A stretch of DNA of 64,000 nt from an uncultured Candidatus Rokubacteria bacterium (GCA_963754315.1 CAVWFS010000014.1:128001-192000); one strand, 5' to 3'; counted from the first letter of the stretch, positions 10,398 through 20,655 are shown. A program made the numbers and translations. The notes: a model not told the origin generated them from the letters alone.

Positions 10398-11331
10398 ATG
10401 CGCATCGTGGTCCATGGGCAGCAAGCGTTTGGCAAAAGCGTGCTGGAAGCCCTGCTGGAGCGTGGGGAGAACGTCGTCGGTGTCTATTGTGCGCCCGAAC
10501 CAGCCGATGGGCGAGGGCGAGTCGATCCCTTGAAGGAGGCCGCGCTCGCGCGCGGTCTCCCCGTCAACCAGCCCCGATCCTTTCGCAAGGACCCCGAAGT
10601 GAGGGAGGAGTTTGCGGGGTTCAAGGCCGACCTCTGTGTCATGGCCTACGTGACGCTCATCGTGCCCGAAGAGGTCTTGAATCTGCCAACGCGCGGCACC
10701 ATCCAGTACCATCCCTCGTTGCTCCCTCGCCACCGGGGCCCCAGCTCGATCAACTGGCCGATCATCATGGGGGAGACACGCACGGGGCTCACCATCTTCT
10801 GGCCCGACAATGGCCTTGATACCGGGCCCATCTTGCTGCAGAAGGAAGTCGAGATCAGAGATAGCGACACCCTGGGCAGTTTGTACTTCGACCGGCTCTA
10901 TCCGCTGGGGGTGGCGGCGCTGCTTGGAGGCGGTAGACATGGTGCGCGCCGGGACGGCCCCCAAAATCGTCCAGGACGAGTCCCAAGCCACCTATGAGGG
11001 GTGGTGCAGAAAGGAACACGTGCCGATCGACTGGCACCAGCCTCTCCAGCAGATCTGGAACCTCATCCGCGGGGCCGATCCACAGCCAGGCGCATGGACC
11101 ACATATGAAGGGACGACCGTACAGCTCCTCGAGGCCAGCAAGCGCGTGGGCGCCGTTTCGGCTCCGCCCGGAGAAGTGACCGCGATAGACGACGAGGGCG
11201 TGCTGATCGCCGCCCCTGGTGGACAGATCCAGGTCACCCGTGTCCGTCCTGACGGTGGTCAGAAGGTCAACGCGGGAGCCTTCGCCAAGAGCGCGGGGTT
11301 ACGCCCGGGCGCGCGCCTCGGTGCCCCATGA
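10398..11331 (+). CDS. Formyltransferase (Fmt / 10-formyl-THF dehydrogenase N-terminal-like), frameshift ~10925
   Basis: YHPSLLPRHRGPSSINW and GLDTGPILLQ in the first frame; Fmt C-terminal IDW…NLIRG..P.PGAW in the second frame. Confidence 0.85.
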
Positions 11332-11368
11332 TCTCTGACCTCTGATTCGCGCTCAGGGCGCCCCGTGC

Positions 11369-11440
11369 AATGTCGCCGAGGCCAAGGCCCGATTCTCGGA
11401 GCTCCTTCAGAAAGCGCTGACCGGCGTGAACCTTATCTGA
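11369..11440 (+). pseudogene. Remnant of Phd/YefM antitoxin N-terminus
   Basis: Intergenic translation NVAEAKARFSELLQKALTGVNLI* matches the Phd N-terminal pattern (N.xEAKxxxSxL…G). No start codon and no toxin. Confidence 0.55.
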
Positions 11441-11441
11441 G

Positions 11442-12533
11442 TCAGTCCAGAAACACCGTGGCCGCCTGGCGGTCGATGTAGACGCGCACGGACTGACCAA
11501 CCTCCAGGACTTGGCTGGGATCGACCTGAATTCGGATGCGCGTCCCATCCTCGAGGCCCACGTGGCAGTCGGTGAGGTTACCGAGAAACGTCACCTCCAC
11601 GACTTTGCCGACCAGGGCTTCCGGGACCGCCGGGCTGGAACCGGTGACCAGCGGGGTCACACGGAGACTCTCGGGTCGGACGGCGATCTGCACGGCCTGT
11701 CCATCGGCAGCGCCTGGAGGAAGTGGGAGGCCGATCGGATCGGGGCCGTCTCTCAGGGTGATAAGGCTCGCCTCACCGTCGGCCCGGAGCACGCAGCCGG
11801 GGATCAGGTTGATCAGGCCCATGAAGTCGGCGACGGTCCGGTTGGCGGGACGGGTGTAGACCGCGCGGGGCTGGCCGAACTGCATGACCTCTCCCTGGTG
11901 CATGACCGCGATGCGGTCGGATAGCGCCATGGCCTCTGCCTGGTCGTGGGTGACATACACGAACGTGATCCCGGTGCGTCGCTGGAGATCCTTCAGTTCC
12001 CACCGCATTCGCTCGCGCAGCTTGGCGTCGAGGTTCGAGAGCGGCTCGTCGAGGAGCAAGATGTCCGGCTCTACGACCAGACTTCGTGCCAGCGCCACCC
12101 GCTGCTGCTGCCCGCCGCTCAGCTGGTTCGGGTACCGGCGCTCGAGTCCGGCGAGGTTGACCAGCTCTAGCACTCGCGCCACGCGCGTCTCGGTGTCCCT
12201 CCGACCGATCTTGCGCACCTGGAGACCGAAGGCAACATTCTGGTAGACGGTCTTGTGAGGCCAAACCGCGTAGTTCTGGAACACCATTCCCATCCCGCGG
12301 CGCTCGGGCGGGACGACGGCCGTCGTCGTGGAGAGGGTGGCCGATCCCACCCGGATCGTCCCCGCGTCGGGAGCCATGAATCCAGCGATCAGGCGGAGCA
12401 AGGTGGTCTTCCCACACCCACTCGGGCCCAGCAAGGTGACGAACTCCCGGTCACCCACCTCCAGGCTCAGGTCGCGGACCGCGGTCAAGGTGCCGAACCG
12501 CTTGGTCACATGCTCGATCGCGATGCCCGCCAT
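11442..12533 (-). CDS. ABC transporter ATP-binding protein (PotA/FbpC-like, C-terminal TOBE)
   Basis: GPSGCGKT, LSGGQQQRVALAR, LLLDEPLSNLD and YVTHDQ motifs. Confidence 0.93.
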   Translation of the reverse strand: MAGIAIEHVTKRFGTLTAVRDLSLEVGDREFVTLLGPSGCGKTTLLRLIAGFMAPDAGTIRVGSATLSTTTAVVPPERRGMGMVFQNYAVWPHKTVYQNVAFGLQVRKIGRRDTETRVARVLELVNLAGLERRYPNQLSGGQQQRVALARSLVVEPDILLLDEPLSNLDAKLRERMRWELKDLQRRTGITFVYVTHDQAEAMALSDRIAVMHQGEVMQFGQPRAVYTRPANRTVADFMGLINLIPGCVLRADGEASLITLRDGPDPIGLPLPPGAADGQAVQIAVRPESLRVTPLVTGSSPAVPEALVGKVVEVTFLGNLTDCHVGLEDGTRIRIQVDPSQVLEVGQSVRVYIDRQAATVFLD

Positions 12534-12543
12534 CAGGCCATGC

Positions 12544-14286
12544 TCAGTGCGGCACGGGAGCGCGCTCCGCGCGTGGCATCGCTGCAGCACCGGAGCCGAC
12601 CCCACCGAGTCGCGTGGCCAGAGCGATGGCGACCGTGATGAGCACCATGGTCACGATGGACAGCGCCGCCACCGGCTCCAGCGAGCCCGTCTCGTAGAGG
12701 TTGTAGACGGCCACGGCGAGGGTGATGGACCCGGAGCTGAAGAGCAGGATGGAGGCGCTCAGCTCCTGCAGCGCCGGAACGAAGACGAGGAGCCAACCGG
12801 CGAAGAGCCCGGGGCGCGCCAGTGGCAAGGTGACCCCGCGAAAGGTACGGAGCCAGCCGGCGCCGGTGATCCGCGCCGCTTCCTCCAGAGAGGGATCGAT
12901 CTGACGGAAGGCGGCATTCGCCGATCGGACGCCCAGTGGCACGTAGCGTCCGGTGTAGGCGAGCAAGATGATGAGCAGGGTGCCGTAGATCGGCAGGGGC
13001 AAGCTGAGCCAGAACTGGATGAGGGCCACCGCCACCACGATGCCGGGCAAACCCAGGGGAATGAGCGAAACGTAGTCGAGGAGTTTCCGCCCCTGGATCG
13101 CCGTTCTGAGATCGAGCCAGCCGATGAGGCTCCCGAGCAGGACGGTAAGGGTCGCAGCCGCGCTGGCCAGGATCAAGCTGTTCCAGATGGCGCGGCGGGT
13201 GACATCATATTCAACAAGAACGAAGTAGTAGTGCTTGAGGGTGAGGTTCTGCCAGAAGCCGAGCCCCCACGATTTGCTGAGCGACACCGCCAGCAGGGTC
13301 AGGTACGGCGCCAGCACTGCCACCACGAAGACCACCGCGCAGAAGGCCAGGACGCCCCACCGAGCCGGCCCCAGGTCGACCAGCTGCGGACGGCTCCCCT
13401 TCCCGGCCAATGTCACGTATGAGCGCTTGGCCAGGTATCGCCGCTGCAAGTAGAGGGCGGCCACGGTGAGTGCGACGAAGATCAACGACATGGCCGACGC
13501 CAGCCCGTACTGCGGCGGGTAGTCGAAGAGGGCGTAGATGCGAGTGGGAAGGGTGAAGATACGGCCCGGCAATCCGATGATCGCCTGCGACCCGAAGAGG
13601 GCGATGGCGTTGACGAAGGCGATCAGGGCCCCCGAGAGAACCGCCGCCGCCACCAGGGGCAGGGTGATGGCGGTGGCCGTGCGCCAGCGGCCGGCACCCA
13701 GGATCTGGGCTGATTCCTCCATGGATCCATCCACCGACGTGAGCGCGCTCGCGGCCAGCAGATACACGAAGGGAAACGTGTGGAGCACCGTGACGAGGAC
13801 CAGACCAGCCATCGAGAAGACGTTGAAGGTCAGGACCGGCGCGCCGAGCACGTCGCGGGCGAAGCGGTTGACCAGACCGGCGTTGGGGCTGAACAGGTTG
13901 ACGAAGGCGATCGCGGTCAGATAGGGGGGCGTGAGGTACGAAATGATGGCCGTCAGATGGATCAACCGCTTGGCGGGGACGTTCGTGCGGCTCACTGCCC
14001 AGGCCAGCGGCAAGCCGACGGCGACGCTGAGCACCGATGTCCACAAACCGAGGATGAACGAATTGCGGAGGGCCTGAACGTACAGTCGACTGCTCAAGGC
14101 CTCGCGGAAATGCGCCAAGGTGAGACGGCCGTCGGTACTCACGCTGCCCCACACCAGCGAGATCAACGGCAGTACGACCAGGACGAGCATGACCAGAACC
14201 ACGCCGGCCATGAGGCCATGCTCCGCCCGAACGAGGCGGCGCCACGCATGGATGCGAGGCGCCGCCGTCGTCAGGACCTGTGCCAC
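12544..14286 (-). CDS. ABC transporter permease, FbpB/ThiP-like two-domain
   Basis: Two EAA loops (SMEESAQILGAG, SLEEAARITGAG); many hydrophobic segments. Confidence 0.9.
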   Translation of the reverse strand: MAQVLTTAAPRIHAWRRLVRAEHGLMAGVVLVMLVLVVLPLISLVWGSVSTDGRLTLAHFREALSSRLYVQALRNSFILGLWTSVLSVAVGLPLAWAVSRTNVPAKRLIHLTAIISYLTPPYLTAIAFVNLFSPNAGLVNRFARDVLGAPVLTFNVFSMAGLVLVTVLHTFPFVYLLAASALTSVDGSMEESAQILGAGRWRTATAITLPLVAAAVLSGALIAFVNAIALFGSQAIIGLPGRIFTLPTRIYALFDYPPQYGLASAMSLIFVALTVAALYLQRRYLAKRSYVTLAGKGSRPQLVDLGPARWGVLAFCAVVFVVAVLAPYLTLLAVSLSKSWGLGFWQNLTLKHYYFVLVEYDVTRRAIWNSLILASAAATLTVLLGSLIGWLDLRTAIQGRKLLDYVSLIPLGLPGIVVAVALIQFWLSLPLPIYGTLLIILLAYTGRYVPLGVRSANAAFRQIDPSLEEAARITGAGWLRTFRGVTLPLARPGLFAGWLLVFVPALQELSASILLFSSGSITLAVAVYNLYETGSLEPVAALSIVTMVLITVAIALATRLGGVGSGAAAMPRAERAPVPH

Positions 14287-14300
14287 GCGGCAGGCCGGTA

Positions 14301-15800
14301 CTAAGCGCGCGCCCGGGTAACGTACCCGTAACGAAGGTTACTGCGAGCCGTCCCCTCCTGCTCGTAGGTTGCCTTGGCGACCGCCACCCGATCGGTGGCC
14401 AGCGCAGACCTCTTGTCGTACTTGTACAGGCGAGCGTTCGTCTCACCGAAGATCGCGTTCTTGACGGGGCCATCGGCCGGCCCCAGGGGCTTGAAGCCGT
14501 ACTTCTTCTGCATGTCTTCGGGAATCTCGAGACGTCGCAGCGCCTCGATCTGCCACTGAGGCGAGCCCGTCCACACGGCATCGGTGCCCCACACCACGTG
14601 GTCGGCCCCGAGTCCCGTCACCATCTGCCCCATCATCGCCGCGCACACCCGCGGGTCCGCGACCGTGGTCTGCGCGAAGATCTGGCCAAGATCGCCGTAC
14701 ACGTTGGTCACGCCGTACTTCGAAGGGATCTCGGCGAGATCCGTCACCCACTCGATGCGGCCAGTCTGCTCGAACTGGGCCCAGGCGTCCTCCACCTTTC
14801 CGCCCGCCGCGAAGCGATAGGCGGAGTGGTAGATGATGAAGTTGAGCTGCGGCCAGTCCTTGGCCGCCTTGCCGACGTCGCGCACGTCCGAGTAGGCCAG
14901 CAGATGCGGGAACTCCTTCTCCGTGTGTGGCGGGAAGAGCCCTTTGTGCACGCACACGTTCACGAGGCCGGCCTTGAGGAACTTCTCGTAGGCCTTGTAG
15001 GCCACTTTCTCGTCGTCCATGCGCCAGGGGTACTTGCCGACCTTCTTGTTGGTGTTGTCGCCGACCGTGTAGCCCTTGAAAGAGTCCGGCTTCAGCTCGC
15101 TGATGGCCTTGTCGATCGCCTCCAGCCAGCCTGGTTGCCCGGGAGTGAAGATGGCGTGGCTGAGCATCCGGCGAGAACCGGCTTTGGCATTGACCTTGGC
15201 GCGGGCGTCGGCCTTCATCTCGTTGGTCAGGAACCAGTCCTCGGGGATGTCGGAGGGCGAGCCGGAGATGAGGGCAACCTTGGTGTCGCTGTCGAGATAG
15301 ATCTCCTTGAAGTAGTTGGCGAACTTGAGATCTTCGATCGTCTGCGGCTTGCCGACCAGGGCCGGATTCCACCCAGCCTTACCGACGCCCTCGCGTGCGC
15401 GCACGAAGACCATGATCCGCGTGTCGTCGCGCAGGAAGTGGGTGTGGCAGTCCATGATGAACTGGTTCGAGAGGGCTTTGGCCCGCTCCTTGGCCATGTC
15501 CGGTGTCTGCGCCTCGGCCGGGCTCGCCTCGAACAGCGGACCGTAGGTCTCGTTCATGGCCACGAACGCGGCCGCCATGCCCGCTGCGCTCTGAAAGAAG
15601 CGCCGTCTGGTGAGGCCCTGCTTACGGGCCAACTCACCGCCGAGCTCTTTCATGCGCGCTTCGACCCGGCGCTGGGCTGCCGTCTGCGGTCCGGGCATGA
15701 ACTCGTCACTGGAGACACTCTGCGTGGGAACGGGCGAAGGGTACGAATGGGTCTCGGCGGGCAGGAGCTGGCTAAGCTCCTCGGGATCGAGTAGGTTCAT
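14301..15800 (-). CDS. Amidohydrolase_2 family protein with twin-arginine-like segment
   Basis: TRRRFFQSAAGMAAAFVAM segment; DCHTH, CVHKG, IIYHS and WGTD motifs; AAGGAGGAGG RBS. Confidence 0.85.
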   Translation of the reverse strand: MNLLDPEELSQLLPAETHSYPSPVPTQSVSSDEFMPGPQTAAQRRVEARMKELGGELARKQGLTRRRFFQSAAGMAAAFVAMNETYGPLFEASPAEAQTPDMAKERAKALSNQFIMDCHTHFLRDDTRIMVFVRAREGVGKAGWNPALVGKPQTIEDLKFANYFKEIYLDSDTKVALISGSPSDIPEDWFLTNEMKADARAKVNAKAGSRRMLSHAIFTPGQPGWLEAIDKAISELKPDSFKGYTVGDNTNKKVGKYPWRMDDEKVAYKAYEKFLKAGLVNVCVHKGLFPPHTEKEFPHLLAYSDVRDVGKAAKDWPQLNFIIYHSAYRFAAGGKVEDAWAQFEQTGRIEWVTDLAEIPSKYGVTNVYGDLGQIFAQTTVADPRVCAAMMGQMVTGLGADHVVWGTDAVWTGSPQWQIEALRRLEIPEDMQKKYGFKPLGPADGPVKNAIFGETNARLYKYDKRSALATDRVAVAKATYEQEGTARSNLRYGYVTRARA

Positions 15801-15845
15801 GGCTGCCTCCTCCTTGAGGGGGGTTATCGCGAGAACGTCTCGTCC

Positions 15846-16913
15846 CTAGGGGTCGCGGAAGTGAGGCATCACCTCGCGGGCGAACAACTCCATGGAGCGC
15901 CGGATCCGGTCCTGGGCAAGCCCGCCGAAGTTCATCCAGCAGAGCACCTGTCCGACCCCCATCGCGCGCATGGCCTCAAGGTGGCGCACCACGGTGTCGG
16001 GCGATCCGAACGCGAGCGTCTCGGCCGCCAAGCGCTCCCACGTCACTTTTGAAAGTCGCTCGGCCATGGCGCGGAATCCGGGTTGCAGGCTGGGGTGGGT
16101 GTCCTCGATCCGGTCCGGAATGACGAAGCGCCGGAACGAGTCCTGGTACCACATCTCCGCCTCTCGTGCTTCTGCCATCGCCTGGGCATCGGTGGGAGCC
16201 ACGTAGATATGGCGGGACACTCCCCAATCCTTCAACAGGCCCGTGATCTCGGCCTCGGTGCGGCCGTGCTTGCGCAGGGTATCGACGTAGGCGTCGCGAC
16301 TGGCGGCCAGCTGCTCGAGCGGCCCGAAGAGAATCGAGTTGAGCATTGGCCAGCCGCGAGCCGCCGTGTTCTCGATGCCGTCCTTGCTGGCGCACACCTG
16401 ATACATCGGCGGGTGTGGACGCTGCCAGGGCTTGGGAATGACGCGCGCCTGCTTGATGGTGAAGAAGCGCCCGTCGTACGAGAAGTGATCCTCCCGCCAG
16501 GCCCGCAGCATGATGTCTACTGCCTCGTCGAACCGCTCGCGGCTCTCCTGCTGCGGGATGTGATAGCCGGTGAACTCGGCCGGACGGTTGCCCCGCCCCA
16601 CCCCGACGTCGAGGCGTCCCTTGGCGATGATATCGATGAGGGCCATCTGCTCGGCCAGACGCAGCGGGTGGTGGAAGGGCAAGATCGCGGCGGCGAGGCC
16701 GATTCGAAGGCGGCGGGTACGGGAGGCGGCGGCCGCGGCGAGGGTGGCCGGATCGACGGAGAGGCCGTAATCAATGAAGTGGTGCTCCGTCAGCCAGATC
16801 TGATCGAACCCCAGCTCTTCCGTCCACTCCATCTGCTCGAGCTCACGATGCACGACCTCGGCGTGGCTGAGGCCGGGCGCTGCCTGGAAGAAGTAGTAGG
16901 TCCCAAAGCGCAC
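15846..16913 (-). CDS. LLM-class flavin-dependent oxidoreductase
   Basis: EELGFDQIWLTEHH, HPLRLAEQ..IDI..KGRLDVGVGRG and SMELFAREVMP motifs. Confidence 0.92.
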   Translation of the reverse strand: MRFGTYYFFQAAPGLSHAEVVHRELEQMEWTEELGFDQIWLTEHHFIDYGLSVDPATLAAAAASRTRRLRIGLAAAILPFHHPLRLAEQMALIDIIAKGRLDVGVGRGNRPAEFTGYHIPQQESRERFDEAVDIMLRAWREDHFSYDGRFFTIKQARVIPKPWQRPHPPMYQVCASKDGIENTAARGWPMLNSILFGPLEQLAASRDAYVDTLRKHGRTEAEITGLLKDWGVSRHIYVAPTDAQAMAEAREAEMWYQDSFRRFVIPDRIEDTHPSLQPGFRAMAERLSKVTWERLAAETLAFGSPDTVVRHLEAMRAMGVGQVLCWMNFGGLAQDRIRRSMELFAREVMPHFRDP

Positions 16914-16915
16914 GG

Positions 16916-17815
16916 TCAGGACCTCGTCATAGGCTCGTCCCGCATACCCGCGAGGTACTCGAGCGTGGTGATGACGGCGGACAGATCCTCGCCGCCGTGT
17001 CCAGCCGATGAGGTGGCCATGCACAGCTGATGGGCCACACTGGTGAGGGGCAACGGAGCACCCACGCGGCCTCCTTCTTCGAGCATGAGTCGGAAGTCCT
17101 TCATGAACAGGTCGAGTCGGATGTAGGGCTCGAAGTGGCGCTCCACCATCTGCCGTCCCCGGCTGTCCATCATCCTGGACCCGACCGGGCTCTGCCGGAG
17201 GGCATCCAGCAGCACCGAGGGGGGAACGCCGGCCTTTCCGCCCAGCACAAGCGCCTCGGCGAGGGCGATCGTGTTGAGCCCACCTAGCAGGTTGGCGGCC
17301 AGCTTGGTCACCGTGGCCGCCCCGATGGGGCCGACGTGCACGGTCTTTGAGGCAATGGCCTCGAACGCCGGCCACACCCTGTCCGCCACATTCCGATCAC
17401 CGCCCACGAAGATCGCGCACTCGCCACGCGCCACCATGGTGCTCGTCCCGCTGATCGGTGTGTCGAGGAATGCGCGGCCCCGAGCGTGGGCGGCCTCGCC
17501 AAGGCGCCGGGCCAGGGGCGGGCTGATCGTGCTCATCTGCATGAGCACGGCGCCGGCGGGAGCCGTCTCCAGCAGTCCGCCCGCGCCGAGCCACACCTGC
17601 TCCACTACGTCGGGGGTGGGCAGGATGGTGAAAACCGCGTCGGCGGCCGCGACCGCGGCTGCCGCACTGGCCGCCGCCACGAGCCCCTGCCCTTGAAGCG
17701 CCGTCAGCTGCGTGGGACGCGTGTCATAGCCGCAGACGTCGAAACCCTTGGCGAGCAGGCGAGACACCACCGCGCTGCCCAGCAGTCCGACGCCGACGAT
17801 CCCGATCCGACGCAT
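16916..17815 (-). CDS. 3-hydroxyisobutyrate dehydrogenase-like NAD(P)-dependent oxidoreductase
   Basis: GIVGVGLLG Rossmann motif, MSTISP, DTPISG, KLAAN and KD motifs. Confidence 0.9.
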   Translation of the reverse strand: MRRIGIVGVGLLGSAVVSRLLAKGFDVCGYDTRPTQLTALQGQGLVAAASAAAAVAAADAVFTILPTPDVVEQVWLGAGGLLETAPAGAVLMQMSTISPPLARRLGEAAHARGRAFLDTPISGTSTMVARGECAIFVGGDRNVADRVWPAFEAIASKTVHVGPIGAATVTKLAANLLGGLNTIALAEALVLGGKAGVPPSVLLDALRQSPVGSRMMDSRGRQMVERHFEPYIRLDLFMKDFRLMLEEGGRVGAPLPLTSVAHQLCMATSSAGHGGEDLSAVITTLEYLAGMRDEPMTRS

Positions 17816-17976
17816 CGTTTGCCCTCGTAAATGTGCCCGCCCGGCCGCCTGACGCTGCGGCGAGGCTACCCGCTGAAGTGAGCCCCACTCATCGCGCGCG
17901 GGCTGCCCTTCTCGCGCGGGGTGATTATAGGCGTGGGTCCCCCCTGCCACAAGCGACGCGCGCCAAGCGTGATCGC

Positions 17977-18005
17977 TTGACTTCAGAGCGCGCGCCCCCT
18001 ATCAT
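17977..18005 (+). promoter_or_regulatory. sigma70-like promoter (TTGACT-17-TATCAT)
   Basis: Near-consensus hexamers 17 nt apart, upstream of the substrate-binding protein gene. Confidence 0.55.
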
Positions 18006-18106
18006 CGTGCCCAGCCCGACCTTTTCTTCATTCTGGACTCGAGACTCCGGGCAGTTCGACGAGCACGCTGTCACCCAACTCGCGCGCTGGGAGGAGGAAG
18101 ACGAGC

Positions 18107-19342
18107 ATGAACAAACGGGTACTGGCAATGCTGCTGGGGGCCCTCGTTCTTGCGCTGGTAGCCGGCACGCCCGGCTGGGCTCAGAGGCCCATCAAGTTCG
18201 GCTTCATGGCGCCCCTCACTGGACCCGCAGCCCAGGTCGCCAAGGACATGGTCGACGGACTCAAGATGTATTTCGAGGAGAACGGCTACCAGCTCGGCGG
18301 ACGCAAGCTAGAGCTGATCATCGAGGACAGCCAGGCGCGGCCCGAGGTGGCGCTCAACAAGCTGCGCAAGTTCATCGAGAGTGACCAGGTCGACTTCGTC
18401 GGGGGCGAGGCCTTCGCCCACATCGCCCTGGCCATGGCTCCCAAGGCCGAGGAGTACAAGATCCCCATGATCTTCCCGGTGGCTGCGTCGGACGACCTCA
18501 CCCAGCGCCTGCGCAACAAGTGGGTCGTGCGGACGGGCTGGACGAGCAGCCAGCCTTCCCACCCGTTCGGCGAATGGGTCGTCAAGAATACGAAGTACCG
18601 CCGGGTAGTGACCATCGCCGCCGACTATGCGTTCGGATGGGAAGTCGTCGGTGGGTTCCAGCGGACCTTCGAGGAATCGGGGGGCCAGGTCGTCCAGAAG
18701 CTGTGGGTGCCCTTGAACGTCGCCGACTGGGCCCCCTATCTTTCGCAGATCCGGCGGGACGCCGATGCCGTGTTCGCCTTGGCCGTGGCCGCCGCTCAGC
18801 TCCGCTTCCCCAAACAATACGAGGATGCCGGTCTCAAGGGACGATTGCCGCTCATCGCGGGCGCGGTGAGTTTTGACGAGTCAGCCCTGCCCAAGATGGG
18901 GGATGAGGCCTTGGGCGGCCTGAGCCCCTTGATGTACAGCGCGGCCCTCGACACCCCGGCCATGAGGGAGTGGGTGAAGAAGTACAAGGCGAAATACGGC
19001 AAGATCCCGTCCTATTACTCGGAGACGTGCTACACGACGGCGCGCTGGCTAGACATGGCAGCCAAGGCCGTGGGCGGCAAAGTCGAGGATCGGGAGGCGT
19101 TCCTGGCCGCCATACGGAAAGTGGAGATGCCCGACGCGCTGCGCGGGCCCCTCAAGCTTGACCCCTTCGGCAACCCCATCCAGAACATTTACGTCCGCAA
19201 GGTGGAACGTAAGGATGGCGAGTTGCAGAACACGGTGATCTACACGTATCCCACCGTCTCCCAGTTCTGGAAATGGAATCCCGAAGAGTACATGAAGCAG
19301 CCGCCGTACACCCGCGACTACCCGCCCTGTAAGCATTGCTGA
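18107..19342 (+). CDS. Branched-chain amino acid-type ABC substrate-binding protein
   Basis: Signal peptide; PLTGPAA, GRKLELIIEDS, DYAFGWE and GNPIQNIY motifs. Confidence 0.9.
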   Translation: MNKRVLAMLLGALVLALVAGTPGWAQRPIKFGFMAPLTGPAAQVAKDMVDGLKMYFEENGYQLGGRKLELIIEDSQARPEVALNKLRKFIESDQVDFVGGEAFAHIALAMAPKAEEYKIPMIFPVAASDDLTQRLRNKWVVRTGWTSSQPSHPFGEWVVKNTKYRRVVTIAADYAFGWEVVGGFQRTFEESGGQVVQKLWVPLNVADWAPYLSQIRRDADAVFALAVAAAQLRFPKQYEDAGLKGRLPLIAGAVSFDESALPKMGDEALGGLSPLMYSAALDTPAMREWVKKYKAKYGKIPSYYSETCYTTARWLDMAAKAVGGKVEDREAFLAAIRKVEMPDALRGPLKLDPFGNPIQNIYVRKVERKDGELQNTVIYTYPTVSQFWKWNPEEYMKQPPYTRDYPPCKHC

Positions 19343-19348
19343 TGTGAA

Positions 19349-19378
19349 CGGACCCCCCGGAGGTGCTCGGGGGGTCCG
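19349..19378 (+). terminator. GC hairpin, putative terminator
   Basis: CGGACCCCCCG / CGGGGGGTCCG 11-bp stem right after the stop codon, followed by AAATTTT. Confidence 0.55.
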
Positions 19379-19531
19379 AAATTTTCCCTCCTGAGTCATC
19401 CAAGGCTTGGGCGCACTGCGGGTCGCTGGCACAATCCTGGCATCTGCCTACAGACGGTGTGGCGTCGGCCAACAGCGCAGCCACGCTTTTTCGCGAGGCC
19501 GAGAAAGACGTTCCCGGCGAGGAGGAATAGG

Positions 19532-20158
19532 ATGAAAGCGGCACAGCTCCCCAACGTCGTGTACAAGCCCCGCCAGTTCGATCTCAGCGGGCTCAAGGGC
19601 ATCTCCGACAAGACGCTCGAGATGCATTTCAAGCTCTACGAGGGGTACGTGAAGGAGACCAACCGCCTCTCCGAGCATATCGGCACGTTTCTCCAGGACG
19701 GCAAGGTTGACCAGGAGGAGATGCCGGCATACTCCGAGCTAAGTCGGCGCCGCGGCTTCGAGTACAACGGCATGGTGCTGCACGAGCTCTATTTCGAGAA
19801 CATGAAGCGTGGCGGGGCCGGCGAGCCGTCGGCGCGCTCTGCCTTTCGAAAGGCGGCCGAGGCAAGCTTCGGGTCCTGGGAGGTGTGGAAGACCGATTTC
19901 GTCAGCATCGGCAAGATGCGCGGGGTGGGCTGGGCAATCTGCTATCAGGACCCCCACCAGGGGCGGCTCTCCAACCACTGGATCACTTTGCACGAGGTCG
20001 GCAACATCGCTGGCTACCAGCCCGTGCTGGTGATGGACGTCTGGGAACACGCCTTCTTGCTGGACTATGCGCCGTCCGAGCGCGCCAAGTATATCGAGTC
20101 CTTCTTCGCCAACATCGCCTGGGAGGCCGTTGAGGACCGGCTTCACCCAGCTCCATAG
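19532..20158 (+). CDS. Fe/Mn superoxide dismutase family
   Basis: Metal ligands in MHFKLYEGYV, LHELYF and MDVWEHAF; GVGW motif. Confidence 0.9.
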   Translation: MKAAQLPNVVYKPRQFDLSGLKGISDKTLEMHFKLYEGYVKETNRLSEHIGTFLQDGKVDQEEMPAYSELSRRRGFEYNGMVLHELYFENMKRGGAGEPSARSAFRKAAEASFGSWEVWKTDFVSIGKMRGVGWAICYQDPHQGRLSNHWITLHEVGNIAGYQPVLVMDVWEHAFLLDYAPSERAKYIESFFANIAWEAVEDRLHPAP

Positions 20159-20218
20159 TGGGCCGGGGGACCCGCTCGCGGTAGTATCGAAGCTTCAAGT
20201 CCGACACCGGAGGAAACG

Positions 20219-20635
20219 ATGAGCGAGCGAGGTCCCGCCCCAAGAGTGGCACGCGCGAAGGGCCCTGTCGTCGCGCCCAAGCGCGCAGCAGGACAAGCGC
20301 ATAGCCCGTACGGATACGCCCACATGGAGTGGCTCTCACGGGAGGATCCGGAGTACGCGAAGGCGCGCGGACCGCTGAGCGCTCTGTCGATTGGCGAAGG
20401 CAAAGAGCTCTCCGTGAAGTATCGCGAGATGATCATCATCGGAATTCTGGCGTATCGTGGCCGCCAGGATGGCGTGGTTGCTCATATGCGCCGGGCGATC
20501 CAGCATGGCGCCACCAAGCGCGAGTTGCTGGAAGCGATCCAATCGGCGGCCGTACCGGGCGGCGGTCCCACCCTCAGCTCCGGACTGCAAGCGCTCATGG
20601 AGCTCGAGCGAACTCGCGCCTTTCGGAACGGCTAG
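20219..20635 (+). CDS. Carboxymuconolactone decarboxylase (CMD/AhpD-like) family, no CxxC
   Basis: LSVKYREMIIIGILA…HMRRAIQHGATKRELLEAI…GGP pattern. Confidence 0.8.
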   Translation: MSERGPAPRVARAKGPVVAPKRAAGQAHSPYGYAHMEWLSREDPEYAKARGPLSALSIGEGKELSVKYREMIIIGILAYRGRQDGVVAHMRRAIQHGATKRELLEAIQSAAVPGGGPTLSSGLQALMELERTRAFRNG

Positions 20636-20655
20636 CGGCGCAACGTCACATCAAA

